Source: Myxococcales bacterium (GTDB lineage: Bacteria; Myxococcota_A; Polyangia; Palsa-1104; SHYY01). Taken from it: a stretch of 59,248 nt of DNA. The notes beneath the pieces are model-generated. The model searched no databases, was not told where the DNA came from, and saw only the letters and a list, made by a program, of their open reading frames with translations. The stretch is from assembly GCA_023248875.1 (NCBI GenBank), contig JAHFDT010000003.1, forward strand, positions 1 through 59,248, in the 5' to 3' direction. This document shows positions 44,056 through 54,191 of the stretch, in pieces (position 1 is the first letter of the stretch; each line of letters starts with the position of its first letter). Made by a program: the position numbers and the translations under genes.

Positions 44056-45705
44056 ATGGACCTTCGTCGACTGGGCGGAATGGCTGTCATTTTTGCACTG
44101 CTTCTTCCTGCGCTCGCGGATGCAAAAAAGAAGACCAAGCCGGAGGAGGGGGGCGAAACCATGACCTTCACGCCCGAGGAGACGGGCGCGGCCAAAGCCA
44201 AGCGGGCGGCGGTGATCGATGAGAAGGCGGCCGCGGGAACCGCTTCGAAGGTGCTCGATAGCGCCCTCAAGCTGTACGAGAAAGAGGACTACTATTCGGC
44301 CACCATCGGGTTGAACAAGGTGATGGAGGGTCAGACCACCGACGATGAGATCAATCGTCAGCGCGCCGAATTCTTTATGGGCAAGGCGCTCTTCAATATG
44401 GGCTACTACTCGGCGTCGCTCTCCTATTTCGACCGCATCGTCCAGCGGGGGGGCGAGCACCACTACTACGCCAAAACGCTGCAGTGGCTGGCATCGCTGT
44501 CGCAAAAGCTGCCCGAGTCGGCGGGCGTGCTCGATAAGATCGGCAAGTACACGCGCGAGGATCTCGACCAGCCGGCGCTCGAATCGGTGCGGGACCAGCT
44601 CTTTTTTCTACTGGGCCGCTACCACTACACGAAGGGCAATTTCAAAGAGGCGGTGGGGCTGTTTCAGGCGCTGCCCGAGGCGAGCGAATTCTACGCCCGC
44701 GCCAAGTTTTTCGAAGGCATCACCTACGTGCGCCAGTACCAGGCGCAGCCCGCTGCCGAGGCCTTCAAGGCGATCTTGCGCAAAGCCAAGGAGCACCCCG
44801 ATAAGGCCACCCAGGAGTTCGAGGAGCTGGCCAACATTTCCTTGGCGCGCACCTTTTATTCCCTATCGCAGTTCGACAAGGCGGTGAAGTATTTCGACCG
44901 TGTGCCGACCGAATCGGCCGACTGGTTGGCGTCGCTGTTCGAGTCGGCCTGGGCGCAGTTCCAGATCGACGGCGACTCGAAGGCGCTCGGCAATATCCAT
45001 TCGATCAACGCGCCATTTTTCGAGAACGAATTCTATCCCGAGTCGCTGATTTTGAAGGCGGTCATCTACTTCCAACGCTGCAACTACGAGCTGGCGATGG
45101 CGGCGGTGGCGGAGTTCAACGAGACCTATCCGGGGCTGAAGAAGGACATCGAAAAGGTAATCAACAAGTACCCGGACAACGCGGCTTTTTACAAGTATGT
45201 GCTCCGGATCCGCCGCGGCGAATCGGGGCTACCCGACCGTGTGCAGCGCGCGGCCGAGGGGGCGCTGTCGGACAAGACGCTGGTCAAGACGCTCGACTAT
45301 GTCGCCGAGCTCGACCGCGAGCTGCACCAGGTGGAGAAATCAGACCCGGCCTGGAAGTCGACGGCCATCGCTGGCAACATCTTGCAGGATCTGACGCTAC
45401 AGCAGTCCCTGGCGCAGAACGATGCCGGCACCATGGCACGTGATCGCCTCAAGCGGCTCTCGACGGAGATCCAGGAGCTGGTGAAGCAGGCGCTCAAGAT
45501 CGAGTACGAAACGCTGAATGCGCAAAAGGGCGTGCTGGAGGCGTCGCTGCGGAGCGAGCAGTCGGTCGCGAGCGGCACCGCGCGCAAGAATGCCGAGGTG
45601 GTCGCCGATGATGAGCACGAGAAGTGGCCCTTCGACGGCGAGTATTGGCAGGACGAGCTCGGGTACTATAAGTCCCGCATCGTCAACAAGTGCTCGGCCA
45701 AGTGA
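44056..45705 (+). CDS. gltC: Adventurous gliding motility TPR protein GltC-like
   Basis: Signal peptide, TPRs, C-terminal DDEHEKWPFDGEYWQDELGYY motif. Confidence 0.8.
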   Translation: MDLRRLGGMAVIFALLLPALADAKKKTKPEEGGETMTFTPEETGAAKAKRAAVIDEKAAAGTASKVLDSALKLYEKEDYYSATIGLNKVMEGQTTDDEINRQRAEFFMGKALFNMGYYSASLSYFDRIVQRGGEHHYYAKTLQWLASLSQKLPESAGVLDKIGKYTREDLDQPALESVRDQLFFLLGRYHYTKGNFKEAVGLFQALPEASEFYARAKFFEGITYVRQYQAQPAAEAFKAILRKAKEHPDKATQEFEELANISLARTFYSLSQFDKAVKYFDRVPTESADWLASLFESAWAQFQIDGDSKALGNIHSINAPFFENEFYPESLILKAVIYFQRCNYELAMAAVAEFNETYPGLKKDIEKVINKYPDNAAFYKYVLRIRRGESGLPDRVQRAAEGALSDKTLVKTLDYVAELDRELHQVEKSDPAWKSTAIAGNILQDLTLQQSLAQNDAGTMARDRLKRLSTEIQELVKQALKIEYETLNAQKGVLEASLRSEQSVASGTARKNAEVVADDEHEKWPFDGEYWQDELGYYKSRIVNKCSAK

Positions 45706-45731
45706 GGGCGCAGATGAAACTAGCGAAAACA

Positions 45732-45803
45732 CCGCGCGGGGAGCGCGCGGCAGGGGGAGGCTCGAGCGAGCTTGGATCGCTGGAGGGGGACGGGAAGGTC
45801 CCC
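45732..45803. repeat. Three-hairpin intergenic element, copy 2
   Basis: CCGCGCG-N5-CGCGCGG (45732-45750), imperfect CTCGAGCGA/TCGCTGGAG stem, GGGGAC-GGGAAG-GTCCCC (45786-45803). Confidence 0.85.
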
Positions 45804-45812
45804 GAGTATGCC

Positions 45813-45863
45813 GAGCTTGGGTACTACAAATCGCGCATCGTCAACAAGTGCTCGGCCAAGTGA
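45813..45863 (+). repeat. 51-bp duplicate of gltC 3' end (45655-45705)
   Basis: Encodes the same ELGYYKSRIVNKCSAK-stop; 47/51 identical, four third-position synonymous differences. Confidence 0.95.
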
Positions 45864-45877
45864 GAGGTTAGGTTCCG

Positions 45878-48800
45878 ATGAATCGAGTTGCCTTCGGGAG
45901 CACCCTTTTGTGGGTAGCCGTCGCCACCGCTGTTCCTCCTAAATACACCAAAAAAGAGGCGTCGGTGACGTCGCAGCAGACCGCGCTCACCAAGCCGGCG
46001 CAGCGGGCCAAAGAGGAAAAACAGCGGCCCACCATCGATGCTTCCGATGTATTCGGCGGCGTGGGTGAGCAGCTCAAAGCGGTCACAGATCAGCAGATCA
46101 AAGTGATGCAGCGCCTCATCGAGAACACCGGTGACGACGATCCGGAAAAGCCCGACTATCATTTCCGCATCGCGGAGCTCTACGCGCAGCAGGAGCACTA
46201 CTACAGCTTCCGCGCCCGCGAGCTCGACCAAAAGATCTTCGAAGCGGTGCAGGCGAACAAGGCGGCGGTGGCCGAGCAGTTCAAGAAGCAGCAGACCGAT
46301 TACGAAAACCGCGAGAAAACTTGGCTCAAGGCCGCGGTCAAGGAGTACCTGAAGGTCACCGAGAATCCCAAGTTCAATGGCTACAAGCGCATGGACGAGG
46401 TGCTGTTCTACCTCGCCTTTCTTTTGACGCAGCAGAAGCGCGAAGATCTGGCGCGACCGATCTTCAAGCGCCTCATCAAGGACTATCCCGATTCGAAGTA
46501 CATCCCCGATGCACTGCTCTCCTTCGGGGAGTACTACTTCGAGCAGAAGGACATCGAGAATGCGCTGCGTTTTTACGACAAGGTGCTGCAGTATCCGCAA
46601 TCGCGCGTCTTTGGCTACGCGCTCTATAAGAAGGGTTGGTGCTACCTCAACCTGCAGGACTTCAAATCGGCCCTGCAGATTTTCGAGAGGGTGATCCTCG
46701 AAACCAAAGTCGACAAGAAGGACACCAACAAGCTATCGCTTTTGAAAGAGGCGAAGAAGGATTCGGTGCGCGCCTACTCGCAGATTTCGTCGGCGCCGCC
46801 CGACAAGGCGTGGCCCTATTTTCAGCGCATCGGCGGCGATTTTGCGCCGACCATGCTCGAGCAGCTGGGGGAGCTCTACAACGCGCAGGGCAAATTCCCC
46901 GAGAGCATCGTGATCTATCGGCAGCTCATCAAGCTCAACCCCACTTCGCCCAAGCTCTGTTCGTGGCAGGAGGAGATCCTGCGCAACACACTGTCGAAGA
47001 CCGGTTCGCGCGCTACCCCCGAGGCGGTGCAGGAGCTCGAGCGCCTATCGGCGGTGCTGGAAAAGTTCAAGACCATGGCGGGCGTGAAGAGGGAGGCGGT
47101 CGAGGAGTGCCGCGATAACACCGCTGGCTCGCTGCGCGAGCTCGCGACGACCTGGCACAAAGAGGCGCAGAAGACCAACGTCAAGGAGACCTACGCGCTC
47201 GCCCAGTCGCTCTACAAGGAGTACATCACGAAGTTTCCCGAGGAGAAGGATGTCTACCCGATGACCTTCTACTACGGCGAACTCCTGTTCAAGTTGGAGA
47301 AGTTCTGCGATTCGGCGCCGGTCTATACCAACGTTGTCACGATGAACGGGGGCAACGACGCGCGCTATCGCAACGAGTCGGCCTACGCGGCGGTCATTTC
47401 GTGGAAGAACTGCCTCGCGGTTGACGACCAGGAGCATGTCGACGAGAGCCAGCGCAAGGGGGTGGTGAAGGACGTTCGCGACCAAAAGAAGGGCAAGGGC
47501 AAGGAGAAGGACCCGGAGAAGAGCCGGGCCGAGGAGCTGGCGAAGTTCAAGCCGCTCGAGATCCCGGAGAAGTGGCACAAGATGCTCGACGCCTTCGACA
47601 CCTACATCAAGTACGTGCCGAATTCTCCCGAGCTTCCGACCATCCGCTACCGTAAAGCGCGCGTTTTCTACGAATACAACCACTTCGAAGATGCGGCGAA
47701 GTTTTTCCGCGAGGTGGTCGAAAACCATCGCGATTCGGAGCTCGCGCCGGTAGCGGCCAACCTGCTTTTCGATTGCGATAACATTCTGCGGCAGGCGCAA
47801 AGCGGCACCTTTGAGCAGCTGCGCGGCGATACCAAGAAGTACTGCAGCTGGCCCGATCTCATCAAGGATGGCGACTTCGTCAAGCAGTGCGACACCATCA
47901 CGGCGAATCTGACCCGCATGGAGATCGAGGACTTCGAGCACAAGGGGGAAAAGGACATCAAGTACTATCGCAAGGCCGCCGATATGTACTGCAAGCTGGC
48001 GGAGGAGCACCCTGAAGACCCGAAGGTGGACGAGGTCTGGTACAACTGCGCGATCGATTACGAGCGCGCCAAGCAGCTTGGCAAGGCGATCGAAACGCGC
48101 ATCAAATTGATCAAGTTGAAGCCTGTCAGCATACTCGCGCAAAAGTCGGTCTTTTTCCTGGGGCGCGCCTACCGCGACATCGCCGCCTACGACAAGGCGG
48201 CGGAGCAGTTCGAGACCTTTGCCGTCAAGTATCCGGGGGAGAAGGCCAAGCCGGGCGACCGCAGTGCGCCCGACGCTGCGACCGCGCTCTATTCCGCGTC
48301 GATCTATCGGCGCGGCCTCGGCGAGGTGGAAAAGGCGGTCGAGGATGCTAAGAAGTTCGTCGATCTTTACGGCAATCGCGGTAAGGAGAACGAAGACAAG
48401 GCGGCGGGCGTCTTCTTTGGTCTGGCGCAGATCTATGAGCAGCAGAAGGATCGCGTGAAGCTGGCGAAGCATCTGAACGACTATCTGAAGGCCTGGGGGC
48501 AAAAGGGTGGCGCGGATCGACAGATCATCGCCAATGTGAAGCTGGGCGAGCTCGCCTGGGCCGATAGCTGCCCGGTGGCGGGGGTCAACGGCGCCTGCAT
48601 CGAGGTGACCCGCGTGCGTGCTTCGTCGGCGACGCGCGTGGCAGAAAGAGCGAGCAAGGGCAAGAAGGGCAAGAAGCTGAAGAAGAAGGGCGCGGTGCTG
48701 CCGGCGCAGTGCGGGCCGGAGACCAAATCGAAGATCACGCTGCATGAGCGCAAGCCGGCGCTGATCAAGCAGGCGCAGGACTACTTTGCTGCAGCGATGA

Positions 48801-49516
48801 AGGAGTATGCGAACGGCGCGGCAGTGAAGAAGATCCCCGGCAAAGACGAGGCGGAGCGGGCGGCGCGGGCCGATTCGATGATGTACTACGTGGCCGAGGC
48901 GCGCTCGATGGAGGGCAATCGGGAGTATGAGAAGCTGATTGGAATGAAGATCCCGGACAAGCTCGACTTTACGCCCGTCGATGTCAGCGCGTCGAAGGCC
49001 AAGCAGGCCAAGGACAAGAAGCGGCTCGACGACAACAGCAAGAAGTTTAAGACCTGGTACGAGACCAAGATCAAGCAGGTCGATACGGCGCAGAAGATCT
49101 ACCAGCAGGTGATTCTGTTCAAGCAGGCCCACTGGGCGATCGCAGCGGCGGCACGAATCGGTCAGATCTTCCAGGACTTCTCGGGTCAGCTCTACACTGC
49201 ACCGGTGCCGAAGGCAGGCAAGGCGCCGGAGGGGATGTCGCAGGAGGAGTTCGACCAACTCTTCCATGACTCCTACTGCGACCAGATGACCGATACCGCC
49301 GAGCCGCTCGAGACCAAGGCGGTTGAGGGGCTTTCGACCTGTCTCAAGAAGTCGACCGACCTGCAGTGGTTCAACGAGTGGTCGGCGCTGTGCGAGGCGG
49401 AGCTCAACCAGATCAAGCCGCAGGAGTACCCGCTCGCGTCGGAGATCCGCGGCGTGCCTGGCTACTTCGATAAACGGCCCGATTCGGCGTCCTTGATTAC
49501 GGAGCTCAAACAATGA
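45878..49516 (+). CDS. gltD: Large periplasmic TPR gliding protein GltD/AgmU-like
   Basis: 1212 aa, signal peptide, many TPRs, C-terminal WAIAAAARIG...EPLE.KA...FNEWS; upstream of gltE/F/G-like genes. Confidence 0.8.
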   Translation: MNRVAFGSTLLWVAVATAVPPKYTKKEASVTSQQTALTKPAQRAKEEKQRPTIDASDVFGGVGEQLKAVTDQQIKVMQRLIENTGDDDPEKPDYHFRIAELYAQQEHYYSFRARELDQKIFEAVQANKAAVAEQFKKQQTDYENREKTWLKAAVKEYLKVTENPKFNGYKRMDEVLFYLAFLLTQQKREDLARPIFKRLIKDYPDSKYIPDALLSFGEYYFEQKDIENALRFYDKVLQYPQSRVFGYALYKKGWCYLNLQDFKSALQIFERVILETKVDKKDTNKLSLLKEAKKDSVRAYSQISSAPPDKAWPYFQRIGGDFAPTMLEQLGELYNAQGKFPESIVIYRQLIKLNPTSPKLCSWQEEILRNTLSKTGSRATPEAVQELERLSAVLEKFKTMAGVKREAVEECRDNTAGSLRELATTWHKEAQKTNVKETYALAQSLYKEYITKFPEEKDVYPMTFYYGELLFKLEKFCDSAPVYTNVVTMNGGNDARYRNESAYAAVISWKNCLAVDDQEHVDESQRKGVVKDVRDQKKGKGKEKDPEKSRAEELAKFKPLEIPEKWHKMLDAFDTYIKYVPNSPELPTIRYRKARVFYEYNHFEDAAKFFREVVENHRDSELAPVAANLLFDCDNILRQAQSGTFEQLRGDTKKYCSWPDLIKDGDFVKQCDTITANLTRMEIEDFEHKGEKDIKYYRKAADMYCKLAEEHPEDPKVDEVWYNCAIDYERAKQLGKAIETRIKLIKLKPVSILAQKSVFFLGRAYRDIAAYDKAAEQFETFAVKYPGEKAKPGDRSAPDAATALYSASIYRRGLGEVEKAVEDAKKFVDLYGNRGKENEDKAAGVFFGLAQIYEQQKDRVKLAKHLNDYLKAWGQKGGADRQIIANVKLGELAWADSCPVAGVNGACIEVTRVRASSATRVAERASKGKKGKKLKKKGAVLPAQCGPETKSKITLHERKPALIKQAQDYFAAAMKEYANGAAVKKIPGKDEAERAARADSMMYYVAEARSMEGNREYEKLIGMKIPDKLDFTPVDVSASKAKQAKDKKRLDDNSKKFKTWYETKIKQVDTAQKIYQQVILFKQAHWAIAAAARIGQIFQDFSGQLYTAPVPKAGKAPEGMSQEEFDQLFHDSYCDQMTDTAEPLETKAVEGLSTCLKKSTDLQWFNEWSALCEAELNQIKPQEYPLASEIRGVPGYFDKRPDSASLITELKQ

Positions 49517-50799
49517 CCCGCGCTATCCTGATCACTCTTTTCATGGCAGGTGTGGCGAGTGCCAAGAGTGAGCCCAAGTCGGTGGCCCCGGACTTTGCCA
49601 AGCTGGTAGTGAAGGTGGCGGAGGCGCGCAAGGCGGTGCCAGGGGGCAAGCTCACCGCCGATCTGAGCGTGCGCTTCGCCAGCGATTTCATGTCGCTAGG
49701 AAAGGAGGGCGCTTCGGCCGAGTCCTACTTTAACGCCGGGGTGCTGTCGGCCCAGGCGGGGGATACCGCGGCCGCGGAACGCGCCTATCGCGCGGCGATC
49801 GATGCCAACACCAACTTTGCGCCGGCCCACGCCAATCTCGGGGAGCTCGCCTACAAGGCGGGCAAGATCGACCTGGCGCAGCAGGAGTTTGAGACGGCGC
49901 TCAAGCTCGATCCCAAGAATGTGGCGGCCTACAACGGCAGCGCCCTCTTGCTGTTCGAAAAGGCGGCGGCGACCAACAACGCGGTGCTGCTCAAGGAGGC
50001 GGTCGGCAAGTTGCGGCGCGCACTGGCGGTCGACGCCGAATCGATGCCCGCCTATTCGCTGCTCGCCCTCATCTATTATGCGCTGGCCGAGGCCGACCCG
50101 TCGAAGCTCGATCTGGCCAAGCTCGTGTGCGAGCAGGGGCTCGAGGTCGATAAGGAGCATCCGCAGATCTACAACACGCTTGGGCTCATCTACCTCGAGC
50201 GCAAGAACGTGACGCTCGCGCTCCAGCAGTTTCGTAACGCGGTGAAGTACGATCCCAAGTACGTGGAGGCCCAGCTCAACATCGGCGCAATCACGCTTAA
50301 TGCGCGTGGGTATCAGGAGGCGGAGGCGGCGTTTAAAGCGGTGCTTGAGGCCAAACCAACGCTTGAGCAGCAGTTCGATGCCACGGTCGGGATGGGGGTG
50401 GCGCTGCGGGGGCAGCGGCGCGTCGATGAGGCGGAGCAGTGGTATGCCAAGGCCAAGGCACTTTCGCCGGGAGCCTGCGCGCTGTCCTACAACTTGGGGG
50501 TGCTCTACCAGGACTACAAGTCGGGGAACGAGGCCGATCAGACCAAGGCCAAGGGGCTGTTTCAGGAGTTTCTCAAGTGCGGCCAGGCGGATCCCGACAA
50601 GCTCAAGGATGGCGCTCGCCGGATCAAGGACATCGACGACTACTTCAAGGCACTGGTCGAGCAGAAGAAGCTGGAAGAGGAGAATCGCAAGCTGCAGGAA
50701 GAGGCGGAGAAGATGATGAAGCAGCAGCAGGAGCAGGAGCGGCTGCAGCAGCAACAGGCTTCGCCACCGCCCGCTCCGGGGCCGCCGGTCAAGAAATAG
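49513..50799 (+). CDS. gltE: TPR gliding protein GltE/AglT-like
   Basis: Signal peptide, TPRs, GVALRGQ, YNLGVLY, Gln/Glu coiled-coil and Pro-rich tail. Confidence 0.75.
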   Translation: MTRAILITLFMAGVASAKSEPKSVAPDFAKLVVKVAEARKAVPGGKLTADLSVRFASDFMSLGKEGASAESYFNAGVLSAQAGDTAAAERAYRAAIDANTNFAPAHANLGELAYKAGKIDLAQQEFETALKLDPKNVAAYNGSALLLFEKAAATNNAVLLKEAVGKLRRALAVDAESMPAYSLLALIYYALAEADPSKLDLAKLVCEQGLEVDKEHPQIYNTLGLIYLERKNVTLALQQFRNAVKYDPKYVEAQLNIGAITLNARGYQEAEAAFKAVLEAKPTLEQQFDATVGMGVALRGQRRVDEAEQWYAKAKALSPGACALSYNLGVLYQDYKSGNEADQTKAKGLFQEFLKCGQADPDKLKDGARRIKDIDDYFKALVEQKKLEEENRKLQEEAEKMMKQQQEQERLQQQQASPPPAPGPPVKK

Positions 50800-50845
50800 T
50801 GGGAACCCTTGGGTTGCACGGTTGTCAAAGGCTAGGAGGATCCAG

Positions 50846-51112
50846 ATGAAGCGCGCGATTTTCGCCTCTTGGGTATTGCTTTCAGCTCCCCTGGGGGCGC
50901 AAAAGCCGGCCGCGACGCCGGCGCCAGCAGCCGCTGGGGTCAGCTACAAGCAGAAGACCGTCTACGACTTCGACGATGATGTGGTCGAGGGCGATCTGGT
51001 GCGACCCGACGGTGATTTTGTCGACACCCGCAAGGCGGCGAAGCACTCGTCGCTCATCAAGATGCGCGCGAACTTCATCCCTGAGATGCTCAAGTCGGCT
51101 GAAGATATCTAG
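50846..51112 (+). CDS. gltF: Gliding protein GltF/CglF-like
   Basis: YKQKTVYDFDDDVVEGDLVRPDG...HSSLIKMRANF. Confidence 0.85.
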   Translation: MKRAIFASWVLLSAPLGAQKPAATPAPAAAGVSYKQKTVYDFDDDVVEGDLVRPDGDFVDTRKAAKHSSLIKMRANFIPEMLKSAEDI

Positions 51113-51123
51113 GAGCCTTTCCG

Positions 51124-53265
51124 ATGCCCAATGGCGTGACGATCCCTCTCCAGTTTGAGATCTACAAAGGGGGCGAACTGGTTCGTACCGAGACCCTGAC
51201 CCAAGATGTCATCAAGGTCGGCAAGCTCTCCTCCTCGCATCTGCGGATCGAAGACGAGAATGTTTCGCGGATGCATGCGGTGATCGAAATCACCAGCCCG
51301 ACGGAGATTTCGATCATTGATCTGGGTTCATCCAAGGGAACGATCGTCAATGGGCAGAAGGTCAACAAGGGCCGCCTCAAATCGGGGGATGAGATTCTCC
51401 TCGGCAATACGCGTCTGGTGCTGACCGTCGGAGAGCCGGTGGCGGCTGCGGCGCAGGCGACGATCGTTTCGGCGCCGGCCCCGGTGCCCTCGCCCCTCCC
51501 AGCGCCGGTCGTCCCTCCTCCCCAGTATGCCCCCCCTCTATTGGCACCGCTCTCCCTGGAAGCGGTCGAAGTGCGCGATGGCTCGCAGGCCATCGAAGTG
51601 GTGGCGCTGTTCGAAAACGCCATCCTCGATACGCGCCACTACACCAACCCGGCCGCGGGCGATGTGCAGGGCAGCACCAAAGGGATCCTGGCCGGCGCTG
51701 CGGGTTCGCTGTTTGGCGCCTTCGTGTTGTTCGTGGTCGCCTGGTTTCAGGTCGATCGGCTCCAGCAGGTGCGCGAGGCGTGGGAGAAGGCCAATCCTGG
51801 CAAGGGCACCAATGAGTTTCCCATGCCCCACGAGGGGCCGTGGATGGATATCGTCGTGGCGGTGCTGCTGGTGTCGGGCCTTTCGCTTTTGATCTGGGGC
51901 CTGCTGCGCCTCTTCGAAGAGCGCCAGCCGCGCCACTTTACGATCGGCCCGGCCGCGGATGCACTGGTCAACGTCCCGGCGAATCTTGTGCCCACAGCAA
52001 ACTTTCCGCTGGTCCGCTCGACCGGCAGCGCCTATGAGCTGCTCTTTACCCCGGCGATGCAGGGCGATGTTACCCTCGCAGCGCGCGTGCATACGCTGCA
52101 GGAGCTGGTGGCCCAGGGGCGCGCCCCGGCTTCGAGTGCGGTGGCGGGCGCCCATGCGTTTGCCATCCCCGAGGGCGCACGCGCGCGTGTCGACCTCGAC
52201 CAGGCGACCTTTCTGGTCAATTCGGTGGCGCCGCCGCGCCGCCATCCGGTGCCATTCAAACTCGATTGGGATCTTTTGGCGCCGCTGGTCGGCTGCTTCG
52301 TCGGTGGCGCCCTGTTCCTCGGGATGATTTTTTCAATTCCGCCCGATCCCAAATCACTGTCGCTCGATGCCTTTTTGAACGACCAGCGCTTCGCCAAATT
52401 CGTCATCAAGCCGCCCGAGGAGAAGGAGGAGCAGATCCCCGAGTGGCTCAAGAAGAAGGGGCCCGATGAGGCGGGTGGCAAGGGCAAGCGCCACAAGGGC
52501 GAAGAGGGCAAGATGGGCAAGAAGACCTCCAAAAACAAGGCGGGTCTCTATGCGCTCAAGGGGCCGAAAGACAACACCGACCCGCATCTGGCCAAGCAGC
52601 TGGCCACCGAGGCGGCGCAAAAGGCGGGCGTACTCGGGATCTTGAAGGCCAACGAGGGATCGCACCTGGCCTCGATCTTTGGGCGCGACTCGGCGCTCGG
52701 TAACGATGCGGAGAATGTGCTCGGCGGGCTGGTCGGAACGCAGGTGGGCGAGGCGTATGGCGTCGGCGGCCTGGGGCTCGTCGGATCGGGGCGCGGTGGA
52801 GGCGGCACGGGCGAAGGGACGATCGGTCTTGGCAATCTCGGAACCATCGGCAAAGGCGGCGGCGGTGGCTCGGGTTCAGGCTATGGCCGCGGAGCCGGCG
52901 GGCTCGGTGGGCGGCGCGCGCACGCCCCCGATGTGGTGCCCGGCACGGCGCAGGTGCGCGGCTCGCTGGATAAAGAGATCATCCGCCGCATCATCCGCCG
53001 CCATATCAACGAGGTGAAGTTCTGCTACGAGAAGGAGCTGACGAAAAACCAGAATCTTTACGGGCGCGTGATCATTCAGTTCACGATCGCCGGCACCGGA
53101 CAGGTGGTGGCCTCCCTGGTGCAGCAGTCGACCATGAACAACCCGCCGGTCGAGCAGTGCATCGCGGGTGCGCTGCGGCGTTGGGAGTTCCCGAAGCCGA
53201 ATGGCGGCGGCATCGTCATCGTCTCCTATCCCTTCGTTCTCAAGTCCGCCGGCGGGGAGGAATAG
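51124..53265 (+). CDS. gltG: GltG/PglI-like FHA + TM + Gly-rich linker + TonB-C protein
   Basis: FHA (IKVGK..VSRMHA..DLGSSKGT.VNG), TM segments, Gly-rich linker, GSLDKEIIRRII...CYE...WEFPKP..GG..IVSYPF. Confidence 0.85.
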   Translation: MPNGVTIPLQFEIYKGGELVRTETLTQDVIKVGKLSSSHLRIEDENVSRMHAVIEITSPTEISIIDLGSSKGTIVNGQKVNKGRLKSGDEILLGNTRLVLTVGEPVAAAAQATIVSAPAPVPSPLPAPVVPPPQYAPPLLAPLSLEAVEVRDGSQAIEVVALFENAILDTRHYTNPAAGDVQGSTKGILAGAAGSLFGAFVLFVVAWFQVDRLQQVREAWEKANPGKGTNEFPMPHEGPWMDIVVAVLLVSGLSLLIWGLLRLFEERQPRHFTIGPAADALVNVPANLVPTANFPLVRSTGSAYELLFTPAMQGDVTLAARVHTLQELVAQGRAPASSAVAGAHAFAIPEGARARVDLDQATFLVNSVAPPRRHPVPFKLDWDLLAPLVGCFVGGALFLGMIFSIPPDPKSLSLDAFLNDQRFAKFVIKPPEEKEEQIPEWLKKKGPDEAGGKGKRHKGEEGKMGKKTSKNKAGLYALKGPKDNTDPHLAKQLATEAAQKAGVLGILKANEGSHLASIFGRDSALGNDAENVLGGLVGTQVGEAYGVGGLGLVGSGRGGGGTGEGTIGLGNLGTIGKGGGGGSGSGYGRGAGGLGGRRAHAPDVVPGTAQVRGSLDKEIIRRIIRRHINEVKFCYEKELTKNQNLYGRVIIQFTIAGTGQVVASLVQQSTMNNPPVEQCIAGALRRWEFPKPNGGGIVIVSYPFVLKSAGGEE

Positions 53266-53266
53266 G

Positions 53267-54097
53267 ATGCGTTGTTTCTGTCTCTTGGTGCTGCTGACCG
53301 GCTGCTTCGAGCAGCGCAATCGATCGATTACATTGATGAACAGTGGCGTGGAGGCGGGGCGTCAGAAGCTCTACGATACCGCCGTTCGCGACCTCAAGCA
53401 GGCGGCTCAAGTCGATCCTTCGAACCATCTTGCCTGGTACAACCTGGGTGTTATCTACAAGGACCAGAAGAAGTGGGGCGACGCCGCCGGGGCGTTTAAC
53501 GAAGCCGTCAAGGTGCAGGGCGATAATCCGAGCTACCACTACGAGTTGGCCAACGCCTACCAGGAAAATGGCCAACTCGATCTGGCGCGCAGCGAGTACG
53601 AGAGCTGCATCAAGACCGACGGCAAGCTCTACAAGGCGCACTATCGCCTCGGCACGGTGCTGGAAAAACAGGACAAGCTGCGCGAGGCGGACGCCGAGTA
53701 CCGCAAGGCGATCGAAACCAACCCGCGGTTTACGGCCGCCTTTATCAAGCTGGGCTATCTTTACTACGACCATGACTATGACAAAGAGGCGGTTCTGGTG
53801 TTCCAGAACGCCATTTTGGGCAACGATTCCGATGGCGAGGCCCACCTCGGGCTGGGGTTGGCGCTGCAGAAGACCAAGCAGTACGAGCCGTCGGTGGACG
53901 AGTTCAAGAAGGCCTATCAGCTGAATCCGGAGCTGTTTCTGGCGGTCTACAACCTCGGCATCACCTACAAGGCGATGGACGACAAGAAGAACGCCCGCGA
54001 GTGGCTAAAGAAGTTCGTCGACGGCGCCGGTTCGAAGGGCGGCCCAGAGCTGGTCAAGGCGGCTTCGGATTCGCTGTATCAGCTCGACGCACCCTAG
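53267..54097 (+). CDS. TPR lipoprotein
   Basis: MRCFCLLVLLTGC lipobox; tandem TPR repeats. Confidence 0.85.
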   Translation: MRCFCLLVLLTGCFEQRNRSITLMNSGVEAGRQKLYDTAVRDLKQAAQVDPSNHLAWYNLGVIYKDQKKWGDAAGAFNEAVKVQGDNPSYHYELANAYQENGQLDLARSEYESCIKTDGKLYKAHYRLGTVLEKQDKLREADAEYRKAIETNPRFTAAFIKLGYLYYDHDYDKEAVLVFQNAILGNDSDGEAHLGLGLALQKTKQYEPSVDEFKKAYQLNPELFLAVYNLGITYKAMDDKKNAREWLKKFVDGAGSKGGPELVKAASDSLYQLDAP

Positions 54098-54130
54098 TAT
54101 TCTCCGACGGGAAAAGGGTTCAGTTGGCGG

Positions 54131-54159
54131 TTGATCAAGCCCTCACCGGATGTTATAAA
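54131..54159 (+). promoter_or_regulatory. Possible sigma70 promoter of the giant TPR gene
   Basis: TTGATC, 17-bp spacer, TG-N-TATAAA. Confidence 0.55.
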
Positions 54160-54191
54160 AACACTCCCCCACATCCGGTCTAGAGGTACTG

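Noticed and set aside
45655-45863. gltC end duplicate as a DGR template/variable repeat pair
   Set aside because: Differences are C/T, T/C, G/A, C/G and all synonymous, not A-to-N diversification.
47045-49513. 822-aa minus-strand ORF (also 30966..32333, 54498..55979 and many shorter ones)
   Set aside because: Antisense shadows of well-supported genes in GC-rich DNA; no recognisable motifs.
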